A DNA stretch of 64,000 nt, taken from assembly GCF_902713615.1 (NCBI RefSeq), contig NC_052147.1, positions 138,139,885 through 138,203,884 of the forward strand, written 5' to 3'. The first letter of the stretch is position 1. Every line of letters begins with the position of its first letter. A program made the translations under genes and the position numbers. Shown in pieces: positions 12,811 through 26,159 of this stretch. The notes beneath the pieces were generated by a model, which saw only the letters and a list, made by a program, of their open reading frames with translations, was not told the DNA's origin and did not search any database. Origin of the DNA: Scyliorhinus canicula (taxonomy: Eukaryota).

Positions 12811-13939
12811 ACTGTGTCCCTGGGGTTTTAGGGGTGTGAGGGGAATCAGTGTGAATCAGTTGGGGGTGGGGGGGGGGGGGGGGTGTCAGTGGGGGTCTGT
12901 ACAATAGCTACCCAGAAGCTATTATTCTCGCTATTTCCGGGTAACTATCGATTTAAAAGTTTCTTTAATAACACACTTGTGAAGCGCTTTGGGATGGTTA
13001 ATTACATTAAAGGGCACCATAAAAATTCAAGTAGTTGCTGTTCTTTTCCAGAAACAGCTAAAAGAATATTTCTTTCGACCTCAGTTTTTTGCTTGTTGCT
13101 TGCATTGCTCGTTGCAGGCAATTCTGAATGCCCAGTGATATTGGATACTGATGTCACTCAGTGTTGAGACAGACTAAGATGGTGCAAGCCATTATAAAGA
13201 CTCCTGGGTCATTACCAGTGATCTGTATGTCTTTGCTGAGCCTGAATGCTCGGCTCCTGATCACACTTGTTTCATTGGTGGACACATGCATCAAGGATAA
13301 TTGAGATACTTGCAGGCTGAAGGATTCCTGTTCTTTTCCTTTTTCACTAAATTGTGGGATAGAGGAAACTTTTTCACATAAGATATTAAACCATTGAAAG
13401 ACTTACACAAGTAATGATCAATACTAAATTGATTGCGGTATTGGAAAGATTGCTGGATAATTGCTTAAAGGAGGATATCAAAACCATTCAGGAGAGAAAA
13501 GAAAAATTGAATTTTTGGATGAATACTGAAAAAAAAACGTGAAATAATCCTCCAAGAGTGACCTAGATTCATGCAACTAAGACTAAGTGGTCCACAATTG
13601 TATGCTATTAAGACTACTCTTTGGATGAACCATCTTGCCAGACTTCTGAGAGCCACTGGGATCTGCATGTTAATAATTAAAAAGTAGGTTAACACAAGAT
13701 GTAGTAATGATAGAATTAAGCGCCTTCATTCTCACTTAAAATTTTTCAGAATGAATCCCTGAAAATGAACCACCAGTTAATCACTGTCAAGAGATTTAGT
13801 CACATCAAAAGCAAATCAAAAATGTGAAAGCTGACAAAGAAATCACTTCTGCAACAGGAAAACAGTAGCAGCTTCAGTACTAAATTACAGCAAGCACAGG
13901 GATTAAAAATGTTGATGATGGCTCAATAATTTCAAAATC

Positions 13940-14110
13940 ATTTCAAGATAAAGATAGATAGTTTTTGAAGAATAAAGGAATAAAGGGTTATGATGGTCGA
14001 GCGGGAAAGTGGAGCTGAGTCCACAAAAGATCAGCCATGATCTCATTGAATGGCAGAGCAGGCTCGAAGGGCCAGATGGCCTACTCCTGCTTCTAGTTCT
14101 TATGTTATGT
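13940..14110 (+). mobile_element. CR1 3' end, same family as 35869-36870
   Basis: Near-identical to 36680-36850. Confidence 0.8.
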
Positions 14111-14119
14111 AAGTAGTAC

Positions 14120-14500
14120 TGTAAAAACTCAGCAGGCCTGGCAGCATCTGTGGAGAGAGAAACAGAGTTAACCTTTCAAATCAAGTGGAGCCCAAAGTTC
14201 CAAAGAAGTCATATGGGATTCAATGCGTTAATTCTATTTCTCTCTCCGTAGATGCTGCCAGACTTGCTGAGTTTTATCAGCACTTGCTGTTTATATACTT
14301 CAGGGGCTGGATTCTCTGCCAGCGGGTTGCTCCATTTTGCCGGCAGCCCGGGGGTTTCCCGACGGGGTGGGGCAGCCCCACAATGGGAAACCCCATTGAC
14401 CAGCCAGCGTAATGGAGCATTCCGCCGGAGGGATGGAAGAGAAATGTCGCGGGGCGGAGAATCCAGACCCATATCTCCAGCATCTGCAGTTTGTTGCTTT
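14120..14500. mobile_element. Palindromic Penelope-derived terminal repeat, interrupted by a short MITE (14303-14470)
   Basis: CTCAGCAGGCCTGGCAGCATCTGTGGAGAGAGAAA is mirrored by TTTCTCTCTCCGTAGATGCTGCCAGACTTGCTGAG. Family also at 16310-16420, 22598-22732, 48419-48550 and 59565-59700. Confidence 0.6.
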
Positions 14501-14534
14501 TAATTTCAAAATCATGTTTATCATAAGAATTTTT

Positions 14535-14757
14535 AAAAATATAAATTTAGAGTACCCAATTATTTTTTTTTCCAATTAAGGGACAATTTAGCATGGTCAA
14601 TCCACCTAACCTGCACATCTTTTGGTTGTGAGGGTGAAACCCACTCAACATGGGGGGAATGTGCAAACTCCACACGGACAGTGACCCAGAGCCCGGATTC
14701 GAACCCAGGTCCTCAGCGCCGCAGTTCCAGTGCTAACCACTGCGCCACATGCCGCCC
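14535..14757 (-). mobile_element. tRNA SINE, short V-type variant with A-rich tail
   Basis: Reverse complement begins GGGCGGCATGTGGCGCAGTGGTTAGCACT with B box GGTTCGAATCC. Related copies at 53765-53990 and 62910-63135. Confidence 0.8.
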
Positions 14758-15536
14758 TAATCATAAGAATTTTGATTAATTGTCTAGAGGGAAGGATTAT
14801 AACCATGCAAAGCTATATATCACACCAGCAAGATATTGGTCTAGAATTTTCTGGACCAGGGCTTTTTATTACATGCACCATGAGTTTGATTTTTTTTCAC
14901 ACCTATCAACTCCAATTATTTTTGGACTGCAAATTGCTGGAATTGCAAATTGTCCATGATCAAAATCTGGGACTCAGGGCAAACCACAGGACCAACTGAC
15001 CATCTCCCGAAACAATTAAATTGCAGATCAGAGAAACGGAGCCAGGGACTAAAAATAAGAAAAACGTTTTTTTTAAATTCCCTGTGAACAATTTACTACC
15101 TTCAGATTCGGGACTCCACAGTTTCATTTGAAAGATGGGTGCTACGTCTCAATATTGAGTGTTTTTGGAACCGCATTGGAGGCTGAGGCCAGAGTGGGAC
15201 TAGGATGGAGATTTAAAGTGACAAGCACCCCAGAAGCACTGGATCATGCTTGGAAACTGAACAGAGCAGTACAGCAAAACGATGACCCAGTCTTTGTTTG
15301 GTTGCCCTAGACCATCATCAGGTCATAACCATTCTCCCATTTTTTCAGACAGGAAGTGCTGGTAATGGCTTGTAATGCAGAACAAGACCAGCAGTGTGGG
15401 TTCAATTCCCGTACCAGCCTCCCTGAAAAGGCACGGGAATGTGGCAACTAGGGGCTTTTCACAGTAACTTAATTGAAGCCTACTTGTGGCAATAAGTTAT
15501 TATTATTATTAAAGGTTATTTACAGCTCCTCCAGTC

Positions 15537-16175
15537 CAGCGTTTTTCAAACTTTTTTCCCGGGACCCACCTTTACCAACCAGTCGGTCGACCTTCATGAC
15601 CCACACCGGCCGACCTTTGCAACCCATGCTGGCCAACATTCGCCATCCACCATTTTTGCTTACCTTTAATGTGAGAGGTGAGCCTGCTTGATCCTTATGA
15701 TCTCTCTTGCTTTCTCATTCAAAGTTACATTTCTGCTCAGGACTTCATCTGATGGTTTAAGTTCTCCCTGCATCCTTTGAAAAAAATCAAGAGATTTGTC
15801 CTCAAATTTGTCACGCTTAGTCTCCCTCTTCCTTAGAACAAAACAATCTCTCTTCAGTTCTTCACAGTTCCTTGTCTAGCTGGCTCGCAGCTCGAAAATG
15901 GAGAAATCTCTCCTCTGTGATTTTGCACCAAAAGCACAGGGCAAGTGACATTGCTGGACGTGTCGGGCATGTGACCTGCTTTCTGACGCTGCTTCCTGCC
16001 GGAAGACTACATCATTTCATTTAAAAGCCAGTTGCGGCCGACTTTCCAAATTTACTAGCTGATCGCTGCTGTTGGGCACTTCTCCCCCCGATCGGGAACG
16101 CCGCAACCGATCGCTCCGCGACCCTTCCGCCGTCCGCCTGTGACCCACCCGCAGGTTGCTACCTGAAAAACCCTG
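15537..16175. mobile_element. hAT (Charlie-like) non-autonomous element
   Basis: Termini CAGCGTTTTTCAAAC ... GAAAAACCCTG; 8-bp flanks CTCCAGTC / CTCTAGAC fit a decayed NTCTAGAN TSD. Confidence 0.75.
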
Positions 16176-18099
16176 CTCTAGACCTACCTTTCATTTCTTT
16201 ACTTGCTCCATTACCTACTTCCACCTTATCACAGAGCTTCCCATTTTATCTCTGTTCCTGCTTGCTGCTGTGCTCTCTTTAAAACGTGACATCCCTAACA
16301 CCTTTGTGTTCTGACAAAAGGTCATCAACGTTTTACTTTAACTGTTTCTCACTCGACTGAGGCTGCCCCACCTGCTGCAGACTTCCGTAAAGTTGTGTTT
16401 TTAATTTCAGATTTCCTGCTTTTGTTACAGCCTGAAGGGAATTGTTAACCTTCCCTTGCAGGCTTTCTGATGGATCATTCTGAGCATGACAGAATTTCAG
16501 CAGCACCAATTAAATGCTTCAAAAAATGGACCATCATCTCCCACATGAATATCTCCTCACTTGAAGGCATCCAGAAATGACCAGTTTACTATTTTCTTAA
16601 TGCAGCAAAGAAAAGATTGGATATTAAAGCAGCTCCCAAACCATGACTGTGGTAAATGACGCACCGAAGTACTGGAACATTTTGAATAGGTAGCCAAGTT
16701 AGCAGTCCAAAGCTATCAAGTGAATATAATTGGATTTTCAGAAGACTTTTTATAAAGCAGCATGCATGAGGCTTCTAAAGGTTAAAGCTTGCGGAATTAA
16801 TGTTGCATTATGAAACCAGACTGAAAACATATGTCAATCGGAAAGGAAGCAGCAGATGATAAATGGGAGAAACCTCTGGCATGTGCAGTGACAAGGTGAG
16901 TTTTTGTGGAGATCTGCTCTAAGTCCCCTGTTGTTCACATTTTTCATGGATGATGAGAATATCTCTGATACTATGGAGCCTGACGACATTAAACCAGTGG
17001 CCAGAAGACAAGTACAAAGAAGCGTTCAAAAAGATCGAGCAAACAGACCTGAGGAAGACAGATGGAGTTTAACGTGGATAAATGTAGTGCATTGTTGGAA
17101 CATAAAGTATGAGCATGTACATATGTAGAAGTGGTATTCATTCGGAAAGAATGGGTTATTTTTTCACCAATATTTTTAGTAAATTTGAACTTTTTGTCAA
17201 CAAAGCTACTCAAATTCCAGGATGCATAATAAAAACGTTTTTCATGCATGACATAGAATTGACAGCACTAAAACAGCCATTCAATCTAACTAGTCCATAC
17301 CAGTGTCTCCTGTCCATGAGCTTCTTCCTTTCCTACTTCATATAACCCGATCATTCCTTTCTCCATCATGCACTTATCTTGCTTTCTCTTAAGCCTCAAT
17401 CACACCACGTGATAGCATGTTCCACATTTGAACCACTTTGGATTCAGGAGGTCCGAGAAGGTTAAACAACAAAGGTTTATTTGGCAAACAAAAATAAAAG
17501 CTGCAACTTGACATAAAGCACATAAGTCCCAGTTGGGACTACCGATCATGCCGGTCCCATCAGTGCAGTTCGTATTCCACGAGCCCCATGGGGAGATAAA
17601 TTGGATCATCCTCGTGGGTCTTGTGAGCGTTATTACTGTTTATGACCCCAAGTGGAAGCATCTGTGAATCTATCCTATCAAATATATTCATAATTTTAAA
17701 GAACCTCTATGAGATGATCCCTCAGACGTTTAATTTCTAGAGAAAGAGTCAGCCTACTCACTTTCAGTTATTTTAGACATTTCATTCCAAGCTAACTAAT
17801 GTTATTCAAGTCTTGTTTACAATGTTAAGGATGACACAGTTGGAATACATACTATGCAGGTAACCATTAACTGATAAGGGTTGCAAAATGGTCTAGAATC
17901 ACATTCCACTTGCATTCCATTAATTTCCAAAACTGAGCCAGTTTCTAATAAGCGGGTAGTGAGAGGGCAAATTCTCCAGCCACCTTTCCCTGCATCTCAG
18001 GGCAGTGCTAGGTCTATTTCTGATGGACCTGTCCTGAATATGAAAATTATATACATTGATAATAGAACATTGGGTTCTTCCACCTGCAGAGCAACTCCA

Positions 18100-20700
18100 T
18101 TGGGGTTTATGGCCCTGATTTTAACCCAACCCACCCTGGGTGGCTGTTGGAGCAGTCAAAATAGTGAACATCGATGTGTTGGCCCATTCCTGCTGAAAAC
18201 CCACTGACCTCCATTTTATCTTGAGACCTGGCTCTTCCACCAAATGCATGGACCGAAAATAAGTGGATACCTCATTACAAAATGTAAATTGGGGCCTTCT
18301 AATGCAATTCAGACGAGTATGTAATTTAAGCTGGTCAGTTAAAAAGTTTGCCCAACAGCAAATCTGCTGAGTAAAACGTTATTGGATTATCTTGATATGC
18401 TGACAGACAAGTCTGGAAACTGGATTTAAAGGGTCAGCAAGCTGCAGGCCGTCTAATCACAGTACTCTGGTTGTACAGTGTACTGTCCAATGAAGAAATT
18501 GCGAGGAAGTTCTTTAAACAACTGAGTGCACTCTGAATTCTGTTCATTTGTTCAGTGCTTCCCGGTCACGAGCAGCGGATGTTCCTGTTTCCTGACAGAG
18601 TACATTTAGTCTAATGCTATAGAACTCTCTAAGCTCACACAGCTTGTGACAGGTGTATTTCTCTTTCAATACTGTGCAAATAGAGCAGCAACTGGACCTG
18701 CTTGAGTACATCCAGTGTGAGGTGCTGCTCGTAGGAGGCCTTTTACCAGCCCGTAGGCATGTTGGGTAAGAACACCACGTCGGGCCGCTATGCTTCCCCA
18801 GGCAGGTTGTCATTGATTTAAGCAGCCTCCCACATCAGGCATTGTTGCTTTCTAGACCAGATGATCAGTGGCTGTCACAATTGTTACTGTGCTGAACCTT
18901 TTTTGCCTCAGGCTCCTTCCAGGATGTTCTAGGGGACATTTCCGAGTCTGTGCAACTCATCAAGCGGATCAACAAAGCCCTTAATGTCAGGCTTGACAAC
19001 AAGGAAACGAAGATGGAGGAGAGTTTATGACAAAGTAGTTGAAGGTGGTTCCGAAAAGTTGAAACTGGCCCCCAAAATAGTGGTTTCATGTTCTCACAAA
19101 TAATACTGCAAATATGGGCATGGCAGCAGCTTATGCAGCAGTGCATTGACATGTGAATAGGAGCAGGAGCAACAGCCAGACCAGCAGCAACCCAGGAGAC
19201 ATTCCAACAGCAGCAGAAACAGCAACAGCACCAGGAACTGCCTTCTCCGAAACTACATGCCATTCTACAGGACAGAGAGGATAGAGTTGCGGCTTGTCGG
19301 AGGTGATACCCCAAGTTCAGGATATACAGGCAGACAGTGAACCTCCTGAACATGTTGGAGCAAAAGTGTCTCAGGGGGCTCAGACTTTCTTGGCAAAGTC
19401 ATTGCTGATATCTTCAGCCTCCTGGAACAAGACCTCCTTCCAAGAGGATCAGGTGGGCACACATTTCCATGGCCACCATGGTCATCACAGCTCTGAGTTT
19501 CTTCACCTCAAGCTACGTCCAGTGATCTGGTGTTGATATCTGCAGGGTTTCACAATCAGCTGCTCAAAACCCACCCATCTCCCAAGCCACCAATGCCTTG
19601 CTTTCCAAATCTGTGATCATGTGAACTTTGCTATTGGTGGGACCAATCAGACACAGAGGGCTGTTGGCTTCACTACAGTGGCTGGATTCGCACAGGTGCA
19701 GGAAATCATGCTTGTTTGTGATTGCCATCCAAGGAGCTGTGATGATTCATTTATTCTGCAGCAGGCACATCTCCATAGAATCCCTACAGTATAGAAGGAG
19801 GCCATTCAGCCCATTAAGTCTGTACCGACTCTCCAAAAGAGCATCCTACCTAGGCCGATTCCCCTGCCCTATCCCCATAACCCCACTTACCCTGCACATC
19901 TAATGGATGCTAAAGGGCAATTTAGCATGGCCAATCCACTTAACCTGTACATCTTTGGACTTTGGGAGGAAACCGGATCACCTGGCAAATTCCACACAGA
20001 TAGTCACGCAAGGCTGTAATTGAACATAGATCCATGGCACTGTGAGACAACAGTGCTAACTACTGTGCCACCGTGTTGCCCACAGGTTTCCGCTGCTCCA
20101 TACAGCCTCAGCAGCTGGCTCCTGGGAAACGAGGATTATACACTGAAGACCTGACTGCTGACTCCTGTAAAGAACTCTAGCAGTGACCCAGAGGAAAGAT
20201 ACAACAGAAGCCACAATATCAAAGGGCAATAATGAATCAACCAATGGGTTTCTCAAGATACAGTTGAGTTGCCTGGATGGATATGGTGGTGTGTACCCCA
20301 TTCAGGGAATCCATATTTTTTGTGACCCTCTATCCACAACATTGGGCAGCAGAGAGAAGTAGGAGGAAGGTGCAGAATGACTGACATCCAAGGAAGGAAA
20401 GGTCCAGATGTGGCATGGTATCTATAACTGCACACCTGGCTGCCACAACAGATTCATCCAAATACACTGCACTTACCACGTGTATGTGAAGCCATCTGAG
20501 AGTGCCAACAGAAACCCCGGGTCCCCCAACAAACCTCATTCCAATAGTCAGCAAACACATTCACACCCTTTCCACTCACCTAAAAGCTACTGTTCAGAAT
20601 GAAAGGGGGATGCAACAAAGGAAAGGCCATGAGACTGAGGAGCTCCAATACAGTCTTTCTTGCATTGAAATAAACATAATTCTGACTATGTTGACATCAG
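18100..20700 (+). mobile_element. Ancient Harbinger element with transposase remnant
   Basis: Frameshifted motifs RIYRQTVNLLNMLEQKCLR, DICRVSQSAA, ISQATNAL (~19300-19610) and GFLKIQLSCLD (~20250). Boundaries approximate. Confidence 0.5.
19773..20082 (-). mobile_element. HE1/V-like SINE
   Basis: Reverse-complement SINE head, core and tail, inserted in the Harbinger remnant. Confidence 0.75.
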
Positions 20701-20778
20701 TATAATCACCAAGCACAACTAAGATATGTTTCTCGTCCCTTTCCGCTTACCTCTACTTGCTGCAGCCCCTGTGACTCA

Positions 20779-21662
20779 GCCGAGTGGCCGCCCGTTTTTT
20801 GCCAGTCCCGCCGGTAAGGACCTACTCCAATTTACACCGGTGGGACTGGTAAAAAACAGGTGGCCACTCGGCCCGTCGGAGGCTGGAGAATCGCCGGGAG
20901 GGGGGCGCTGCCAATGGCCCCCGACCGGCGCGGCGTGATTCCCGCCCCCACCAAACCCCCGGAGCCAGAGAATTCGGCAGCCGGAGGGGGCAGGATTCAC
21001 GCCGCCTCCCCGGCGATTCTCCGACCCGGCGGGGGATCGGAGAATCCCGCCCCACATTAGTGGCAGGAAAATGGATTATGCTAAAGACTCAATTTGCATT
21101 TAGGTTCACAAGAGCATTCTATGAGCAAGAGCAGATGACAGACAGGGAAAGCAGCGGTTTGTCTCCATTGTAAATTGGAGTAGGTCCTTACCGGCGGGAC
21201 CTGGCGGCGCGGGCGGCCTCCGGGGTTCTTGGGGGGCGCAGGTGGATCTGGCCCCGAGAGGTGCCCCCACGGTGGTCTGGCCCGCGATCGGGGTCCACCG
21301 ATTCGCGGGCGGGCCTGTGCCGTGGGGGCATTCTATTCTTCCGCACCGACGGCTGTAGCGGTCCACCATTGCTGGTGCGGAAACAAAGCCCTCTGCGTAT
21401 GCGTGGGGATGACGCCAGTACATGCTGGTGCTCCCGCACATGCGCCAAGTCGCGCTGGCCAGCGGAGGCCCTTCGGCGCTGGTTGGCATGGCACCAAGCC
21501 CCTTCCTCGCCGGCCGGCGGGGCGCAAACCACTCCGGGGCGGGCCAAGCCCCTGAAGGTGCGGAGGATTCTGCACTTTTTGGGCGGCCCAACGCCGGAGT
21601 GGTTCAAGCCATTCCTTGCAGCCAGGACCCCCCGCCCTGCCGGGTAGGGGAGAATCCCGCCC
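20779..21662. mobile_element. GC-rich Harbinger MITE, rearranged (halves in opposite orientation)
   Basis: Homologous to 4922-5634; both TIR ends AGAATCCCGCCC (21041-21052, 21651-21662) are in direct orientation. Confidence 0.8.
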
Positions 21663-21719
21663 GTGACTTTTCCTGAAATGGTTAGCTGCAGCCCTGGAAG
21701 AGCTGCAGCCTCACCAGAC

Positions 21720-22282
21720 TTTTTTTTCTTTATTCTTTCATAGGATTTGGGAATCGCTGGCAATGCCAGCATTTGGTGCTCATCCCTAACTGCCCTTGAA
21801 CTGAATGGCTTCGCTTGGCCATTTCAGAGGGGTAGCGAAGAGTCAACCATATTGTTGTGGGTCTGGAGTCGCATGTGGGCCAGATGAGGTAAGGACAGCA
21901 GATTTCCTTCCCTAAAAGCCATTAGTAAACCAGATCAGTTTTTACAACGATCGGTTATATCTTCATGATCACCATTCCTGAAATTTGGGTTAAATATTAA
22001 GGCCACTGAATGCAAGCCTCGCCATGGGTTTCACAACAATAAGGGATGCATTCATTGGGAAACCCCATTGACAATGTCAGGATCAGAAGATCCTGCATCC
22101 GGCCAATGGTGGGCCACTCTGCCGTGAAACACATGACGGGCTGCACGCTAAATTCCACCCCAGATTTATTCAGAAAATTTAAGTTCCACCAGCTACCACG
22201 GTGGAATTTAAACCCATGTCCCCAAGACATTAACCTGGTCCTCCAGATGAGTAGTTCAGTTACATTGCCACTATACCACCAA
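21720..22282 (-). mobile_element. tRNA-headed SINE with LINE-derived tail, containing a MITE fragment
   Basis: Reverse complement has a GGTGGTATAGTGG head and a GGGCAGTTAGGGATG...AAATGCTGGC tail. Related copy at 63555-63862. Confidence 0.65.
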
Positions 22283-22597
22283 CCAAATATGCTGCAAAGG
22301 CAAGTTCACTGGACAACCTTTTCCTGTGCCATGAGCCAATAAAATTAGGGAAGGGAATAGTTTGGTTGCAAACCAGACATATTCTCATCAGTGGAAAAGA
22401 TGGGGTATCTGAAGCACTCTGGATATCAAAGGGAATGTTGGTTAAAATAAAATAGGATATGGAGGTTTATGATAAATATCAGGAGCAGAATAAAATTAAA
22501 ACTCTGGCAAAATGCCTGAGAGAGTGCAGGGGGAATTTGAAAAAATGTAATAAGAAGGGCAAAGATAGAGTATGAGAAACTATTAGATGATCCTTTT

Positions 22598-22732
22598 AGC
22601 TTCGACAAAGGGTCATCTGGACTCGAAACGTTAGCTCTTTTCTCTCCTTACAGATGCTGCCAGACCTGCTGAGATTTTCCAGCATTTTCTCTTTGGTTTC
22701 AGATTCCAGCATCTGCACTAATTTGCTTTTAT
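22598..22732 (+). mobile_element. Penelope-derived repeat with decayed hammerhead motif
   Basis: CGACAAAGGGTCATCTGGACTCGAAACGTT retains stem II, GAAA and the palindromic AACGTT, but the CUGANGA box is mutated. Confidence 0.55.
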
Positions 22733-23756
22733 GATAAATTATTATTCAATAACATAAAATGAAACCCAGAAATGTTCTAAAACCATTTAAAAAGGAAGAG
22801 GATAAATAAAGGAAAAGTGGGGAAGATTAGGGACAGCAACAAGAACATGTAATGTATTCGGAACCCGAGATTCAGCGAGCCACAACCCCGACATTTCCTT
22901 ATGCTGCCTCAGCATTGATCTATCCAAACTCTGTGGGATCAACTGGAGAATGACCCATTTCCTTCAGATCATCAGCTGGACTCATGCCTCTACAGCTACA
23001 TCACAGGCATCTGTCAGCACTAGTGGTCAGAAACCCCCAATGCTTCATTGCCTTTTAAGGGAGGTTGCAGGGGTGGTGCAGGACATACCCAGGCTCCACT
23101 ACCACCCTCCCCTCCAGGAATCTTGTGCATCACCACCCGCTCTCCATCCATTTGATATCCTGGGTTGATGTCTCCTCTTCCCCAGCCGTATCTTTCTCGG
23201 CGACACGCCATTCGTTGGTGGCGGGATTCTCTACTCCCACCACTTGGGCCTTGAAATTAAAACATGTATTTCTGCCTAATTTTGGAACAGGGACACTGGG
23301 CGATGAATTTTTGACCCTGTGTGATAGATTGAAACAGTTACAGCAAGTTGCCCATATAAATCTGTCCCTATCCTCAATAGTAAGAAGATAAAATCCCTTT
23401 TAAAACAGGCTGTTGATTTGCTGTCACCTGTTTTATGCTGAATCACCTGAATCTACTTCACTAAAACTGTCAGAATATTTTACTTCAAATCCTTTACAGC
23501 TAGCAGACAGACAAACACTTCTGTCCATTGACACAAAACGACCCCAGCTTCTCCATTCTTTACCATAATTGTAATCATTCACCTCTGGAACCATTCTAGT
23601 AAATCTCTTCTAAACCCTCTCCAAAACGTTCACATCCTTCTTGAGGTGTAGTGGTCAGAATTGGATGCATTACCTGAGCTGGGAGAAATCTACTGTATTA
23701 TATAGGTTTAACATAACTTCCTGGCTTTTATAAACAACACCACCATTTATAAGGCC

Positions 23757-24445
23757 CTGTCAGCATCAACGGGGCTGAGGTGAAGATGGTTGACAGCTTC
23801 AAATTCTGAGGTGTGCACATCACCAACAATCTGTCCTGGTCCACCTACGTCGCTGCTGCGACCAAGAACGCACAACAATGCCCATTCTCAGGAAATTCAG
23901 CATGTCCACATTGACTCTTACTAATTTTTACAGATGCGCCACAGAAAGCATCCTATCTGGCTGCATCACAGCCTGGTATGGCAGCTGCTCGACCCAAGAC
24001 CATAAGAAACTACAGAGTCGTGAACACAGTCCAGTCCATCGCACAAACCCGCCTCCCATTCATTGAGTCTGTGTAAACCTCCCGCTATCTTGGAAAAGCG
24101 GGCAGGGTAATCAAAGACCCCTCCCAGCCGGGTTATTCTCTCTTCTATCCTCTTCCATTGGGCAGCAGATAAAAAAGTCTGAGTGGACCCACTAACAGGT
24201 TCAAAAACAGCTTCTTCCCCACAGTTACCAGACACCTGAATGACCCTCTATTGGACTCAACTGGTTGCTTCACACACCTTCTCGACTGAGTAGTACTACA
24301 CTCCATATGCACATCCAATGCCTGTGCCTCTGTATTTACATTTTCATGGAAAGAACATTCTATCTGGATTGTACGCAGAACAGTACTTTTCACTGTACCT
24401 CGGTGCATGTGGCAATAAATCAAAACCATCCAATCCAAACAAATC
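23757..24445 (+). mobile_element. Rex/Babar-clade LINE 3' fragment
   Basis: Translation INGAEV..VDSFKF.GVHITNNLSW ... LTNFYRCATESILSGCITAWYG is typical of the Rex1/Babar ORF2 C-terminus; short-repeat tail. Confidence 0.75.
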
Positions 24446-26068
24446 CATTGTTTTATTAACTGCCTTATTAACTTGCCCTGCTACCCTCAAAGATGTGAAT
24501 GCAGCATCCCCAGGTCTCTCCCTTCTTGCATCCCAGTTTAAAATACCGATTGTATCATTTAACATGCATTTGGCCAGGTTTTGCAGTCAGCGGTGAAGCA
24601 AGGACATTTGCTTCTTTCTCACGAGTAAGTCACACTGACAGGTCGAATGATTCCTCTGGTGAGGATTTCAATTCTTGTGATAGGGCAGCTAATTGCAACA
24701 ATCTTGATTGGATATTCACAGTGTGGAACCCATCAGGCTATCCAAGTAGCCAATCGCATTAGGGGATTGACACAGCCCATCCCCGAAGCAGGAAACTAAA
24801 AGTATAAATATAAACCACTTTTTTAGAAAGTTTCCGCAGAGCAAATTAAAGATTGGTCATGCACATGAAGGTAAAAGCTAAAATGTAAGCAATTTCTTTA
24901 AGAAATTATTTTTTTCAAATTAGCTCAAAAACCTACTAGTTTATCATTTAACATCGCATCATAATTATAAAATTATTTTTTCATGGCCAGTTTTCTGTTG
25001 TTCATTAAATACTATTAATCACATCGCTATTGGAAACTGAAAACTGAGTTATACTTAATTGAGCAATGTGTAAGAGATCCTTATAGGTGATGAGTGGGTG
25101 GGAAAGTTGAAATTCTCACTGATTTCCTGTGCCAGCCCCTAAGTGACAGACTGCAACTTCAGGATTTCATATTAATCTCAACATACCTGACATCCTGAAG
25201 TTGCGGCCCATTTTAGAAGGGTAATAATGGCAAATACTGACAGTTCGCCATCAAACCTGCTTCGCCTCATCCCCACCTCCCACCCCCTCCACCCTCAATG
25301 TCTCCCCTCATTCTTCTTAGAAAAGTGAATCATCTCATATGTTCCTGCATTGAATTTCATCTGCCATGAATCTGACATCCCACACGGGACCTATGGAGTG
25401 GAAATGCTTGTCTTCCCTGTGCTCCTTACGGAATACGAGCTCCCCCGTTAGAGGGCGGGGTATCTCAATTAACCCAGTGTGTGTAAGGTCAGTCATTAAG
25501 GCATTGACCAAGGAAGAACCCAGTAGGGGGGTGTACCGGGTAATGTATGTATCATTTGTGCACATAAAACCTTGTTCTTTTTTTACTCAGTGTGGACACC
25601 CCGTGTCCTTATTAAAATATGTCTGCCCATTCCATTAGTCCATCTGCATCCTCATGAAGTCCTTTATTACTTTCCCCACTGCTTATCCCACTTTGAAGTT
25701 TCATGTCATCTGAAAATTTTGAATCTGTGCCCAGTGTCCCCAGGTCCAAGCCATTAATGTGTATCAAGTACATCAGTTGATCCAATACTGATACTACTGA
25801 ACATCTCTCCAGTCTGAAAAATAGCCATTCACCACAATTCTGTTTTCCAATGTTCAACCAATTTTGGAATGACACTGATATGCACCATCGGCTTCAACTT
25901 TGCTGGCAATCCTGATATGTGGCACCTTCTCAGATACCTTCTCAAAGCCCAAACACACAAAATCAGCTGCTCTGTCCTCATCCACCTCCTCAGCCACCTC
26001 GTCAGAAAGCTCAATCAAGTTAGTCAAACGTGATTTGCCCTTAATCCATGTTGGTTCTCCTTTATAAG

Positions 26069-26159
26069 ATTTACCTGAGGAAGGAGCAGTGCTCCGAAAG
26101 CTAGTATTTGAAACAAACATGTTGGACTTTAACCTGGTGCTGTAAGACTTCTTACTGTG
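26069..26159 (+). mobile_element. 91-bp Penelope-type repeat insertion with 12-bp TSD
   Basis: Flanked by CTCCTTTATAAG at 26057-26068 and 26160-26171; same family as 54178-54334. Confidence 0.75.
26072..26106 (+). ncRNA. Minimal (type I, PLE-associated) hammerhead ribozyme motif
   Basis: TAC-CTGAGGA-A-GGAGC-AGT-GCTCC-GAAA-GCTA-GTA gives the CUGANGA and GAAA boxes, a 5-bp stem II, palindromic AGCT stem III and a 3-bp stem I. Confidence 0.65.

Noticed and set aside
19130-19240. CAG/Gln-rich stretch suggesting a polyQ exon
   Set aside because: It lies at the start of a decayed Harbinger transposase region and has no open exon with splice sites.
25370-25605. Possible short LTR-like insert, similar in part to 17420-17640
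   Set aside because: I could not define termini or a TSD confidently.
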